DNA from: Entomortierella parvispora E1425 | Taxonomy: Eukaryota > Fungi > Mortierellomycota | Direction: 5' to 3' | Assembly: GCA_020891255.1 (NCBI GenBank) | Contig: BQFW01000015.1 | Location: forward strand, 1,054,001-1,118,000 | DNA: 64,000 bases | Shown: positions 12,179 to 25,634 of the stretch, piece by piece | Numbering within the stretch: position 1 is the stretch's first letter | How the letters are laid out: every line of letters begins with the position of its first letter | Program-made: the position numbers and the translations under genes | The notes under the pieces: generated by a model | The model's database searches: none | Seen by the model: the letters and a program-made list of their open reading frames with translations, nothing else | What the model was told of the DNA's origin: nothing

Positions 12179-15100
12179 TGGATGAGTAGGGATGAAAAAA
12201 AAGGGGGGGAATGAGGGATGATGCAAAGAAGAGAATGCACGAAATGCTCTTTCCTCTCTGCCCAACCCAATGGCCCATCGAATGTTGTGTGTGTGTCCTT
12301 TCTGGCCAAAAAGGGATATCGCAAAGGGGAGGCTTAGATTGTTGCAACGCGGTCGTGCACGCGACGCGATCGCATGGGTAACGTACGCGTTCATTTTTTT
12401 TTTTATTTTTTAGAAGGGCAGATCTTTCTCGTCACTACCCCTTCCCTGTCGCTGTGCACATGAGAATGCGAAAGATTGCAAGATGGGAACATGGCTTCGT
12501 ATTCATGTCCTCTCCGAACTGAAAGTACGTACTACTGAAGGCGCTATGATCAACGCAACGGAAGGGGGAACATGCAAGAGTAGATTGACTAGAGTCCTTT
12601 CTAGCTACTCTTGACTTGTATATGTCACTCATCGATTTGTTGTATAAAGCAGCGACAATCCAATAACCTGCATTGTAAGACTTCGTACTCCAAAAAGGAA
12701 TGAGAGGGAGGGACTCATTTCCCCATCTGTTGGAAATGATTGCTCGCGTGGGACAAGCATCACGGAAATTTATTTGGATGTCCAGGGCGAAGGGGAGAAA
12801 AAGGATGCGATACCTGAAGAGGAGTACAGCTCCTAAGAGAGCGTTGCTCAATGGATAGTCTACGCGTTATTCTAGAGGGAAAGGTGCTAGTCAAGGAAGA
12901 AAGAAAACGTGAAGGGGGGGGGAGGTAAATATGGTAGAATGGGGGGCCAAGGGGGAGCGGGTTATGTATCCCGTCAGAAGTACTCTGCGCCATGATAGCG
13001 AAAAATTGTTCAGTCGAGGAAAGCCTGTTGAGTTCTGTTCAGAAGCCATTGCGTTATACTACGCTTCGATCAACAACAAGGATGCGCGCAAACAGGAAGG
13101 TAAATATTCTGACAATGACCATTTCACCTGTTTTCTTTCCTCATGCCAGAAAAACAAACAGTCGCACCCGCGCGTGAAAATGATCCTTGTCAAAAAACGA
13201 AAGAGGTCCAATGATGGACAGACAGTGAAACAAGTAACAACAACAACAACAATAAAAAACGGCCGAAAATGGAGGTGGTTTAGAACTCGAGGAGTCATTA
13301 TTTCTCGTCTTTTGCCTGGAACACAAGAGTCCAAAGGCAGAGAGGGTCCACGGCGTAAAGGAGCTTGGTATTTTTCGGTTTCTTCCGACCTTCTCCACAT
13401 TCTGCAATTTGGTGGGCAAGATCCATTTTGGCTCCCTTTGTCTATTTGTGTTGTCGGTTGCAACAAAGAAGCCATGGTGGGTTCAGCCACGAACCACGAT
13501 CAAGTCCGAGCCGCGCGAGGAAGATCCCACCAAGGAGAAGCTGCATTGTGGGCGAGGGGGAGGCAAGAGAAGAGCTTTTGTTTGTTGGTTAATGTCCTGG
13601 AGTATTGTAGTGTCAAGGAGAGGACGACATAGTCTACTCTTCAGCCTTAGCTCTGCATGCCGATGATGATCCAAGAAAGTTGTTTATTTCTGTTGGTCAG
13701 CGTGCATTCTCTGACTGGATCGCCTTCGGTTCTCGACAACACAAAGGGGAGAGAAGGGAGGGAGGATCTGGCTAGAGGAGGACAACAAACAAAACGACCC
13801 GATGACCCGAAGACAAAAAGAAAACACAAGAATTTCTTTGGACAGTTGCATGGGCAAGGGCGGCCCCGTTGCCCTTGGGACGTTTGATCGCCATTCCTCC
13901 CCTCGAAAGGTTGTGGAGGCGCCGCCTGTGTGTCAAGACACTGCAGCGCCTGTACATACACTCCGGGAGTAAACAGACCTCGGTTCAGCGATTTCTCTCC
14001 CGAGAGGCAAAAGGTCAAAATGAGCAAAGGGCAGATAAGGTTGCCTCCAAGCTCGTAAAAAAAAATAAAGAAATCGTGCAAATCCTTGCTCGAGAGCGGG
14101 CTTTCTCTTCAAACACGGGACATGTGGAGCCAAGCGAAGCCAACGCCCCTCTGGGAGCCCAGAAGGGGCTGTAAACGCTCTCTACTCTACTCACACTTCA
14201 GGGTGCTAAAAGCAAAAGTTAACTTGCACTGTGGGACAGCACTCCCCTCTTAGGTCGGCGGCTCGGAGCAGGTTATTTACGTCTACCTTGCACAATCGGA
14301 GATTGACGCTCCTGGTCATTGGACACAATGCCCCTCGGCTCGACAGTGGAGAATAAGAGAGGCCCGAGAGTAAACATGACATGGCTTTGAGTTGTTCAGG
14401 CCCCACCCTGCTGCAAGGGATCGAAGTCGAGGCAAGGGGAAAAAAGACAAGAGGAGGACATGAAGGGGTGAATAAGGGTCCTGTGCCATTGCACCTACCC
14501 ACGCCTTCTGTTTTTTTTCCACACGCATGCGCATGGTATTTTTTTTTTTTGTTGTCATTGAGGGTCGAGCGAGACTGTGCAATGCGTCACTGGACAGACA
14601 GCCGCAAATGCACATTCCACTGGCGTTGAAAATCATTCTCCATCCCTCCACACTCTGTGCAACCACACGATATCGTCCCTAATTGAACAGAGCATATCCT
14701 ATTCAATGTTTGGCCGACTGCTTTGCCTTGAAAACACAGAAACCAAGTGCAGACACTTCATGACCACGGCACACAAATTACTATGTACCCCTTTGCCCAG
14801 ACGACCGAGTTGCGGTGCGGTTCGTAGTTGCATGTGCTCTCGGAACCATCATTCCAACAAGCAAAAACACAACGGTTCAGTTGTTAAAATTGGTTAACGC
14901 CAGCTGGACTGAAGTCGATGCTTCACGACGATCGCAACTATTTTGATCCTCGGCGGTTGGCCATCCAGACTAAGGGCAACAGAACGCGTCAGTTCCTACC
15001 TCATTGATCGAAATTCCTCGTGAGGTTACTCTTCCTTTGTTTGTCAACACGCCGCCACCCTCTCCAACAACATCTTGGCAGCTTTGCGCCAACAACTGAC

Positions 15101-15621
15101 TTCTGGAATTGGTATGCACTTTCATGTGCGGTTGTTTTTTTTTCTCCTGCCGTTAGACGTTGTCAAAGCAGAAAACAATCGATTGCACGGATGTGCTACT
15201 CCTCATGGAGTTGCGCTGATTGGATTGTGGAGGAGGAGGTAGGATAAAGTGGAGGTCAGAGTGGAGAACGAGAGGTCAGGGTGCAAAAAAAATAATTCAA
15301 TGGAAGTGGAGCACGAGAAGGCCCTCGCGCTTTCCACTGTCATTTTCGGTTGTGTGAGTGGAGAAAAATGCCCTCCTCGATTGCCCACACCCAATTGGGG
15401 GAGTAACAAACAAAAACAACAATTCAACAATAAGCCCTTGTCAGGGCCATTCTCACATTATCGTCGATTCAACTATTCGTTTGAATTGAACTCAATTCGC
15501 CCTGAGCTTTCACTCCAGCACGTTCCTGGATCCATCGGGATGATCGTTGCCACATTCAGGCACAGATCCAGCTTTCAATTTGGCCGTCTTTGGCCTCGTG
15601 TGTTTCTTTTTGTTCCTCGAG

Positions 15622-15628
15622 TATAAAA
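15622..15628 (+). promoter_or_regulatory. Probable TATA box of the lipase gene
   Basis: TATAAAA about 150 bp upstream of the lipase ATG, followed by a pyrimidine-rich leader. Confidence 0.55.
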
Positions 15629-15773
15629 GGCACCCTCCCCACTCTCATTTTCTGTCCTTTGTCGCAGCAAGCATCTCCAACTCCAGCCAGCCCCCTATCG
15701 CCAGACTCAAGTCCAGCCCAAGCCCCAGCCCAAGCCTAATCGCCTTTCACCACCACCCTCCACTCTAATCATC

Positions 15774-17121
15774 ATGATTTTCACCAAGGCCCGCTCAGTG
15801 GTTGCCATGACTCTGGCCATGATCGCTCTCTCGTTTGTCGAAGCCTCCCCAATCCCATCCAACTCTAACGTTAAGGCTTACATTCCCGTCAGGGAGCGTG
15901 TCTATACTGCCGAACAGCTCGCGGGTCATGAGAAATTGGCAAAGAGATCGAGCTCTGGTCTTAACGATTGGAATTGCAAGCCCTCCGCGTCCCACCCCTA
16001 CCCCTTGATTCTTGTCCACGGTCTGGTAAGAGGATGGGACCATTGACACCAAGCCGAGTGTTCAACCTTTTCAGCCGACATTTACTGATCGCGCGCCTTC
16101 GTCCGCTCTATTCTCCTTTTAGCTCGCCAACTCTTGGGACAACTGGTAAACAGGAAGTTTCTGTAGTCGACTCCCTTTTTGTGCATCAGAGACGGCGAAA
16201 TGTTCTAATTCTTTTTTCATTATTCATTTTAGGATTTACATGGGTCCTCGCTTTGCTATCGCTGGCTACTGTACCTTTGCCTTGACCTATGGTCAAATGC
16301 CCGGCATTCCTCTCTTTGCTGGTCTTGACAAGATGGAAAACAGCGCTGTTGAGCTCTCGGCCTTCGTCGACAAGGTCTTGGCGGCGACCAACTCCACAAA
16401 GGTCGATTTCGTCGGTCACTCTGAGGGATCTTTGATGCCTCGTTACTACTTGAAGAACCTCGGAGGCGCTCCCAAAGTCCGTAAGTTTCACCTCATTCCT
16501 CAGTTGAAAAGACGTTTGGAGATGCTTCTTGATTCAACGATGGTCTTAAACATTCAATCTCTGGACCACATAGGCAAATACGGAGCTTTCGGTGCCATTG
16601 CTTATGGAACTACCTTGGATGGTCTCTACCCCTTCCTCGACTCTCTTGGATTGTATGACCCTATGTAAGTGCCTCCACCCGTCTTGACAACGGAAAGACA
16701 AGTTTGACGAGAATCTTCCTTGTTCACCAGGTCCAAGCGTCATTAACCTCCGTCTCATTTCATTTTTTCCTCTCTTCATTCTTTCAGTCAAAATATTATT
16801 GATCCCGTCTGCCTCTCCTGCTTCGAATTCTTGGAGGGTTCTCCTTTCCTCAACGCCTTGAACGCCGGTGGCGATACTGTCCCTGGCGTCGAATACAAGT
16901 TTGTTGTGTCCAAGATGGATGAGGTCGTGACCCCTTACACTAATGGCGAGTTGAGGACCGTGTCTCCTTTGGTTAGCAATGTGGTTCTCCAGAACTTGTG
17001 CGCGGTCGACCTCTCGGACCACGTCCTTCAAATGGTTGACCCCATTGTCTTCCACGAGATGGATGCTTTCCTCAACCCCCAGGTCGACCAGACCGTGAAC
17101 TGCCTTTCGGCCTTGGATTAA
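15774..17121 (+). CDS. Secreted alpha/beta-hydrolase lipase (lipase class 2 / Streptomyces-type esterase)
   Basis: Signal peptide. 5 exons with GT-AG introns, including a 23-nt exon at 16123-16145. Motifs: [39 protein letters not shown] (nucleophile elbow), LNAGGDTVPGV, KMDEVVTPY (Asp), DLSDH (His). Confidence 0.92.
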
Positions 17122-18412
17122 TCTCTCGACGATCCTCTTTCCAATCTGGCTTCAGGGACTTTGGATATTGAATATGAACAAACAAAACAAACAAAACATA
17201 CCCCTCCAACCCCAACCCCCGCCCTCACCCTTCATTCTTTCTGTAATTATTCACATTCGTTCGCTTCATCCACTTGCATCACGGTCGAGTGGGTGCTTGT
17301 TGAACAGGTTGGGGTTGAGACCAGACCTCTGCAGCGCAGAGTCTTTGGCCGTTCTACCATTTCTATCTATCTTTTTTATCTATCTGCGCCATCTATCGCT
17401 AAATAAAAGCTCTTGTTCGTTCACCCAAGTTTTTCATTTTCTTTTGTTTTGCTGAATGGTGGGCGAATCCACCCACCCTCTTCCTTATTCCCATCGATCA
17501 CTTTTATAAGACCCTCGTCTTTGTTGTTGTTATTGTTGATGTCCTTGATGTTTTTCGACCCACGATGTCAGACGATCAACGCTCTTTGGGTGCAGCAAAG
17601 AGGAACAGCAAGTCCGTACCATCACAAGAGTACATTTACATCGTACAAACGCACTGGGCGATCCTGTCTTCCACGCCTCCATCACCCCTTCTCTCTTTCT
17701 CGCTCCTTCTTTCTCCCTCTTGCTCTCCTTTCTTGTGCGTGTATTTTTTTTTTGTGTTTCGCTCTCAATTGCGACACACCTGCGCTTACAAAATGAGGCT
17801 CCTTCAACAAAGTGAACACACACGCGTCATCCTTTCCACCCGATGCGAGGTTCACTGTTTGGCCCCCTCCTTTGTGGTTCCGTGGAGAAGAAGAATCATT
17901 GGGACCGGAAAAAAAAAGTGAGCACAACGGCCAGCCGGTTGGTCCCCTTCTTCCCCCCAACCTTCCCCACCTTCCCTTGACCCTCTCTTCTCTGCAGAGC
18001 AGGTACTCTCAAGTCAGTACTGGCATGTGAAGGCCACCCTCTATCCCGAGCACGATTGTAGCTTAAGCAGGGGTGCACAAATGCACATCCAAGGCGCGTC
18101 GGACCCTCTTTTTTTTTTTTTTTTTTTTTTAAATTTCAATTCCTCCTTCAGCCTCATGTTATCCTCAACAGCAGACCAAAAAAAAAAAAACGTCGGTCTC
18201 TCAGATTCCTTGCAGGACTTCCCTTTTTTCTTGTGGTGACACGAAAAAAGCTTGATCGATTATCAATCCTCTGGAATGTGGAGGGCGAATGCAAAGCAAT
18301 TGTGGTAATATTTCAAGAACGATTTTGGTTTTATTATGGACAGTGAACAAGACGAGTTCTTGAGGTATGCGATAGGTAGAGAAGATGACATGAGGTAGGG
18401 GGGAAGATGGTA

Positions 18413-20644
18413 TTAGATCTGGAAATCGTACTTGATGGCCTGATCCATGAATCCACAGCTTTGAGGATGAATGCCTCCAGTGGAGACCGAGGAGGTGGTA
18501 TCGAACATGAGGATGCTCTGGGTGCTGGCATCATACTGGGGCCAGGCAGGGACGGAGCTGTCGCTGCCCGAGGCCTGGTAGGTAGGGTTGGGGTTGCCAC
18601 CCGAAACAGCAAAGGACGTCCATCGGTCCATAACGGTACGGGAGAGAGCAGCATCGTCGGCAGTCCAGGGGTAAGCGGTGGCGTTGTTCATGAGAACAGG
18701 GCTAGCAAAGACCAAGGCAACATCGTCACCGTGACAGACATTGCTGGCGCAGATATCGCTGCTGGGACGGTTAGGGTTGTAGCCCTTCTGGAACTGGTAC
18801 TGGTAGACAGGGGTGCCGGTGCCAGCGTAGGCCTTGGCCAAGAACTGAGTAGGGCAGACCCAGAGGTAATCAGAAGCGAACAAACCCTCAGCGTTACGGG
18901 TGCCGTCGGGATCGGTCGAGTCAATGGGGTAAAGTCCATAGCCAATGGTCATCAACGAGCGAGGGTAGCCAACCAAGGTGGCCAAGGTCACACCGAAAAC
19001 AGTCTGGGGCATGGGGGTGTTCTGTCCCAAGGAAGGCAAGAAGCCGTTGGCCTCGTTCTTCATGGTACCAATCATAAGAGGCACCTTCTGCACACCACCG
19101 TTCTTACCAGCAATCAATTGGTCAAAGTTGTCAAAGATCAAGAGACCGTCAATGGTGGGCTTGATCAATTCGAGGAAGGACTCTTCGGGGGCCATGGAGA
19201 TGGCCTGACCAACAAGGGTGGTCTGGGCAGTCAAAATATCAGAGACGTTCTTGGCGCGCATGCAGGCCAAGTCAGCGCAGTTCAACATGGTCATGATACC
19301 ACCAGAGATGACATTTGAAGAGGTCTTGGGGGTGTTGAAGGGCAAGTCAATGGGGTCCGACTGAGCAATGGCGGCACGGAACATGCCCTTGGTGGCAGCA
19401 GGCATCGACAGCAAGGTACGGACAGCGTGACCTCCAGCGGACTCTCCAAAGATGGTCACCTGGCTTTGGTCTCCGCCGAAGGAGGCAATGTTATCCTGGA
19501 CCCACTTGAGAGCAACAAGCATATCGCGAACACCCTGGTTTCCGGGAACAGTAGAGCGGCTGATGCCAGCATCCACACGCTCAAAGAATCCAAGAAGTCC
19601 CAGACGGTAGTTAATAGTCACAACGACAACCTGGCCACGACTGGCCACGTTGGCAGGGTTGAAAGCGGGGTCAGATCCAGTACCAGTGGTGAAGGAACCA
19701 CCGTGCAGACTGTTAACAAGATGTAGGAAGAGCTGGGGTTAGTATTAAAGCGGAAAACGTGGAGAGAGCAAACAATTGTTTTTGCGCCTTGTCATTGGAG
19801 GCAATTTACAAGAAAAAACATACTAGAACATGACGGGCAAAAGGCTCTTGTCCTCGGCGTTCAACTTGGGCGTAAAGACGTTCAGGAACAGGCAGTCCTC
19901 ATCACCACCAGGGAGATCACCAGTCTGGGGGCACTTGTTACCGGGGGCAGTGGCATCAACAGGGGTGGTCCAGCGAGTGGTAACGGGCACAGGGGCAGCG
20001 AAACGCAGGGCACCGACAGGTGCCTTGGCGTAGCGGATACCCTCGAAACGGAAACCAAACTTGTCACGGTTACCAGTGACACGACCCAAAGAGGTGATGA
20101 CCTGGACCTTGCCTGAGGTGTTGTTGTTGGAGCAGAGAGCAGGGAGGAAACGAATGCAAGAACCGCCATTCTTGACAGTGGCGGTACCATTGTTCAAAAC
20201 CAAAGTGTCGCACTTTGTCAAGTAGTTGGGATCGCTGGCACCAGTGTCGATATAGTATTCGGTCACATTGGGAGCGACCTGAGTCAACATCTTTGCAACC
20301 GATGGGAGTGCGCGGCTCTGGGCAGAGAAGAGAAGCTCTCCCAGCTTGACGCAAGAAGCAGCGCCACGGGCGGCGATGCGCTGATCAGGGAGGACCACAA
20401 AGGGGAATGGAGCACCTCCGACCTCGAGGTTGTTGTCAACCAAGACTTGGACACTGTTGAGAATGGTCTGAGTAGGGGTGCTTGCGAGACGGGGCTTGGG
20501 TGCGGTGTCGGTGGAGTTGGCATTGGGATCGGCAACAGCTGTCGAGTTCAAGTCGGGTTCAGGTGCGATCAAGACCTGGGCGAAAACAGCCTGGATGGAG
20601 ACTGCAGCCAACAGGCAGGAGAGGGTGAGAGATTTCATGACCAT
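18413..20644 (-). CDS. Secreted type-B carboxylesterase/cholinesterase-like hydrolase with N-terminal extension
   Basis: Signal peptide and 2 exons. Motifs: FEGIRYAKAPVGALRFAAP, EDCLFLNVFTP, PVMFYLHGGSF, NYRLGLLGF, GNQGVRD, VTIFGESAG, NEANG, CHGDD. Confidence 0.95.
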
Positions 20645-20915
20645 TGTGGTATATGGGAGGATTACTGCCTAACGAGGGGGAGGAGAGGCCGAAGAGGGAA
20701 ACTGGGGATAAGGGGGCGGGAAGGGGGATGTGGAGATCCTGAAAAGGATTGGAAGGGCAGGGACGAGCTGGAGGGCGCGAGGGATGACAGGTGACGGAAG
20801 TAGTGAGGAAAAAAGAAAGAAAGAGGTTACAAATGGCGATCTCTTTTATGGTAGCCGGGATCGCCCAAGGACAGGTTCTCGGGATAGAGCGAGTGCTAAC
20901 GGCAAAAGAGCCTCA

Positions 20916-20955
20916 AGAGAGAGACTCCCCAGTTCAGAGAGAGACTCCCCAGTTC
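20916..20955. repeat. Perfect 20-bp tandem duplication (AGAGAGAGACTCCCCAGTTC x2)
   Basis: Read directly from the sequence, upstream of the carboxylesterase gene. Confidence 0.9.
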
Positions 20956-22916
20956 CGCTGGCCGGGATTAGGCTGGCCGAGACTATGGTGGTCATTCCTC
21001 GCAATATTATATCATTAGTCAATTCAATTGGGAGGTCACCATGCCCCTCTTTCTCTTGCTCTCATGGTTCCTTTCATCCCAAAGGGAGTCCATACCAAAA
21101 GGAAACAGGGAAGCAATGGTGGGACAAAGAGGCAGAGAAGGTAGAGAAAAAGCCGAGCCTCAACATAACGCGTGAACCCAATGATGGGCAATAAACCATA
21201 AAAAAAACACAAAGTCAAAGGATTATAAGATCGAGGTGGATTCCTTTCGCTACCCGGAAGGGTGTCCTTTCCCAGAAATGGTTCACTTACCCTCTTGTTT
21301 ATTCCTCCGTTATCATGCATCTTCGGCAGGGACGTTCTGTACATGTGTTCACTCTTCCATTTAGGTTGAATGGATGTTCACCCTTCACAACGAGAGAAGG
21401 GACCTTGGATTTTCTGGTGGTACCAGTTCATTTTACTCACTTACAAAGCATGGTGGGACACAGCAGTTTTCCCACACACACACACACAAAAAAAAAACGG
21501 CTCCTCTCCGATCTCTTTGCAACGTGCTCTTTCGCCTTCCGCTCTGCAGTGTTTTTTCTCGTTTCCGTTATTCCTGGGGCTCTCATCGGGGCAATCCTCC
21601 TCTGGTGGGCAAGAATTATACTCCGGTCCAATCTCAACCCATTGCAGACGTGCGTTTCTCTGTTCTTTCATCACTGCAAAGGAAGGAGGGAGGCACTTTG
21701 ATCCCCCCACCATGGCATCCTGCATGAATGAGCTGTTTCTTCAATACATAATTTTGTTCCTGCATGTCGGGCTCAGAATGTTATTGTTCTCATCTTCAGC
21801 TTGTCTGGATTCCACTCCTTTATATTTTTTATTCTTTGACATGGACTCTTCCTTTTGTTGGATTCTCAATCCTCCATTCACTTCCTCGTCCTCTGTTGAT
21901 CCCTCCTATTTCCGTGGACAAGGTTCATGAACCGATACATTGCACGCTGTTCGTCAGGCGAGATGATATTAAATTCCTTGATGACACAAAAACGAGAAGA
22001 GACCCCATTTTCTGACCGATGTCGCCGTCGTCGTGCTATCGCTATGACAAAAAAAAAAAAAAAAAGGGTCTACGACTGAAGTGTCCGCCGTGACAAAATC
22101 GGCCATTGCTGAAGTAACGTTGCTCAGAAGTGACGCCTAGGCAAAGCGGGTGCCGAGTGCTCTGAGCTACTCTGGGAAGCAGCCCGTTGACGGGATCATC
22201 TGCGCGGTAAAACTATGACAAACAGCATTGAGCAAAAGGCATGGTGAGCCACTGCGTTTGCTGTGATGATACGAGTTGTGTTTTTTGGTGAGCATGGTGG
22301 GCAATGGAGACAAGTGCACTATGTACGAACAGTCTCAAAATCCAAGCCACCCAGCTTCAAAAGCCTGGTCGCATACGCGTACCGTCCTTGGTTCAGTCTG
22401 CAAGACGATCAAACCCTAGAATCCGCTTCAACAAAATTCATTCTTTAAAAAGGTTTCTATCCCTTTCATACAATTCACTTTGCCGTGTTACATGCAACAC
22501 TGGACACAGTTTCATGTGTCACCTCAGTGGGCATCAACATGCGATCACCAATACGCTGCTCTAGATTCTTTGCAGGATCCTGGGACTGCGGGTCCTCGCA
22601 ACTACATCTCTGCAGCGGGAGCAAAGTAGTAAATATAACAATAGACAATTTCCCTTTTCGGTGACGTGAGGTCGTTGCACCCAACGTGGTGCCCACACTG
22701 CAATTCCCTGATTGGACAGATGGAAGAGGACCCTGCCCGGTCGCGGTTGTTGCAGTGCCTGCAAAAAGTGGGCTCAAGACCCTTGTGGACAAATGAAGAC
22801 TCCTGCCCGTTAATTTTTGGTCATCCTTTTGCTCTTTCCTTCTCCACACACCCCACCCTCTTTCTCTTTCTCTTTATCTCCTACCGTCTGAAAGGGCTAT
22901 CCATAGAAGACCCACT

Positions 22917-24416
22917 ATGGCCCCTCTCCGCGCCCTCTTGTCATCGCGCGCCGTCCTTGTCAGTCTTGTCATCCTCATCTGTCTCACTCTCCTCTTCTCC
23001 ACATTCGATGCAAGCGAATCAAGTATCACCTTCAGAAAGAATGCTGCCAACTCCAACCTAGATGAGAAGCCACTCATCCATTGGGAAGACACCATTCAAT
23101 CCATGAAGGATGCTCAGCCTCTCTCAGAATACCCTCATCGTCGACCAAGGACCGTGCAGTTCTTGCTGGAGAAGGCCCGTGGATACTATGATCGCGTTGT
23201 TCGGCAACGTCATGAACTCCTGAATCTGAACGGATTTGGAACCGAGTAGGTCGACGCTTTATGTTTGTCTGTACATGTTATTCTACATCATGACCCAGTG
23301 GTGTTGGAGAGGCGCCAGGATAGACACAGCGTTGTGATTCGAGAAGACAAGGGTCGAAGCCCGAGTCAATTTCAAGGGAGGCGATCAGGGGGTTTTGTTT
23401 GGTTTGTTCCATGCCAGAACGGGCACCTTCGAGCCTTGCTGCACTCTTCCCTATTCCTGTCACTGTCTCCTTAATCCTCTAACCGCCCGCACTTGCATCA
23501 TTTAGTCTGGGAAAGGGGGCGGTGACGTGCTAGTGTTTGCACAATTGCTCTCAGTTCTTTCTTTTACATTGAACTAATAACGGATTTTCCTCACTAGCCG
23601 CTTTCGACCATGGAACCCCTCGGGGCTGATGTACTGGTGGTGGTATTTCCCTGCCAGCTTCATGTGCCCCCATGATATCCAGCGCGTCGGTCCTCTTGCT
23701 GACGGTGGCAAGTGGATTTGCGGAATGAGCTTTTACGAGGAGAACCCCCGCGCAAAGTGCGTTATTTACTCATTCGGTATCAATCACGAAACCCGTTTCG
23801 AAGGAGAGATGCTGGAAAGAACCGACTGTGAAATTTGGGCCTATGATGCCTCTGTGGATGCGATGGGTCCCGGTAAGTCGATTGACAATTGCTCATCTGA
23901 CTATTTGAAACTAAGAAAATTTATTGACCTATTGACTGAACATCCCAATGTTCTCATACTGAACATCCCAATGTTCTCATACGGACATATCTTGTAGAGG
24001 CCCGAGGTCCCCGTTCCCATTTCTTCCCCTATTTCATCGGCAAGACCGACCATGTGGATGAGGACGGCAAGCAATGGAGGACGTTGAAGTCATTAATGAA
24101 GGACAACGGCCATGACTGGATTGATATCCTCAAGGTTGATATCGAGGGCAGCGAGTACCCCACCTTTGATGCCATCATGGATGATTTCGATGTGCTTCCT
24201 TTCTCTCAACTGCAGATGGAGCTGCACGTAGACAAGGTCTCATTCAAGGATTTTACTACTTGGTGGGAGAGACTGGAGAGCAAGGGCATTTATCCATGGT
24301 GGACAGAGTTGAATCCTTATCCTACTTTCCTGAGAGAAGCACCTTGGGCATCCGAGTACTGCTTCATTAACGTCAACGGAGGCAGGAAGAACATTTTGAT
24401 CCAAAACTATGAGTAA
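22917..24416 (+). CDS. Membrane-anchored SAM-dependent methyltransferase (Methyltransf_22 / METTL24-like)
   Basis: N-terminal hydrophobic anchor and 3 exons. Motifs: FPASFMCPHDIQRVGPLADGGKWICG, CVIYSFGINHETRFE, CEIWAYD, TLKSLMKDNGHDWIDILKVDIEGSEY, LPFSQLQMELH. Confidence 0.88.
23935..23980 (+). repeat. Perfect 23-bp tandem duplication in an intron (ACTGAACATCCCAATGTTCTCAT x2)
   Basis: Read directly from the sequence, just upstream of the 3' splice site of methyltransferase intron 2. Confidence 0.9.
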
Positions 24417-25634
24417 TATATATATATATATTTATTGGCAATAGAGCCTTCCGCCGCTGTATCTATAATAGTCGCTGTCTTCTCCATCCTTCCTTCAATA
24501 AAACAACATCTCTGCTAAAGACATATTGCAAACATCATACGTATAGCAGTTCAGGCCACTGTGCCTTCTGCTTTTCGTTGCTCTGATTGGTGCAAAGGAG
24601 AAGGCAAAGCAGCAGAAGAAGGTCTCAAACTTTGTCTTCGGACAGAAGCTATCCTCCTCTCTTGCCACCTTGAAGACGAAAGGCCCGAGGCTCGTCACCC
24701 ATCCCCTCCATCACCTACGTGATGACAGCCAGAAGGATGTTCAGTGACAAAGACTAAGGTTTACCATGGTGGCCCACCCGCCACGAAGGCGGTCCTTCTT
24801 TTCTAGTCAATAAACAGTGAGCTGAGGGATCATGAACATCCATGAAGGACCTGACCAAACACCTTCAGATAGGACAATGATAATACAGCGAGCTCTTAAG
24901 TCGTATTCTACTTGATACGGTGTCTGTGCATTGAAGGTACGTACCGGGTTATTGACACGATGTCCATTGCCACTCCTCTCCCTTTTTTTGTGCAAAAAAA
25001 AAAAAAAAAAAAAGGAAAAAAAAAGAGAAAGAGGCGATGAGTTGAACGTTAGAAATTACGATACCATGCAAGCGGAACTGGCGGTGGCGACTCCCTGTTC
25101 TTGAGTCGAAAGAAAGAAGTCCTTGCTGGGCCAGAGGCATGACCAGGTTAGTCGAGTCGATGCCGTGAATCCAGGAGGACCAAACGAAGCATCCGCGGTT
25201 CAAGGAAGGATATTCTTCCGCAATCGTAAATGTTGCGTTGGGATTGACCCAAAAAAAACTGGATCCATCGTTTGGTCGCTTCGAGAGGAAGACCAATGAT
25301 CGCAAATGCTGATAAAAGTCACGTGATCACTACATGTTCCAACATATGTAGGTTCAACAACATGCGCACATCAACATGCTGCATTTGTCTCTTACCATCC
25401 CTGCGCACTTCCTCTCACCTATCCTCACCTTCCGTGAAATTGTCGCTCAAGACTATACCCGATCAGTCTGATTCAAGGTATGCATCCACATCGACGCAAG
25501 CCCCAGTGAAACTCCACTGCGGCGGCTGATCTCTTTCTGAATCTTCATTTATAGGACTCGCCACTTTTCTGCGCAATCCTTTTCCCCCGCTTTGTCACCC
25601 TTAGCTCCTGCCAACGACACCACAGTCAGCCTCC

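Noticed and set aside
13664-13716. ATGATGA...CTGA box C/D-like pair
   Set aside because: Too short (~50 nt), no terminal stem and no recognisable rRNA guide.
12400-15600. 3.2-kb gene-free stretch with several ORFs of 100-230 aa (for example 12931-13632) and scattered splice-like sites
   Set aside because: The ORFs are low-complexity or run through homopolymers, with no codon bias or motif. No consistent gene model, tRNA or snoRNA could be built.
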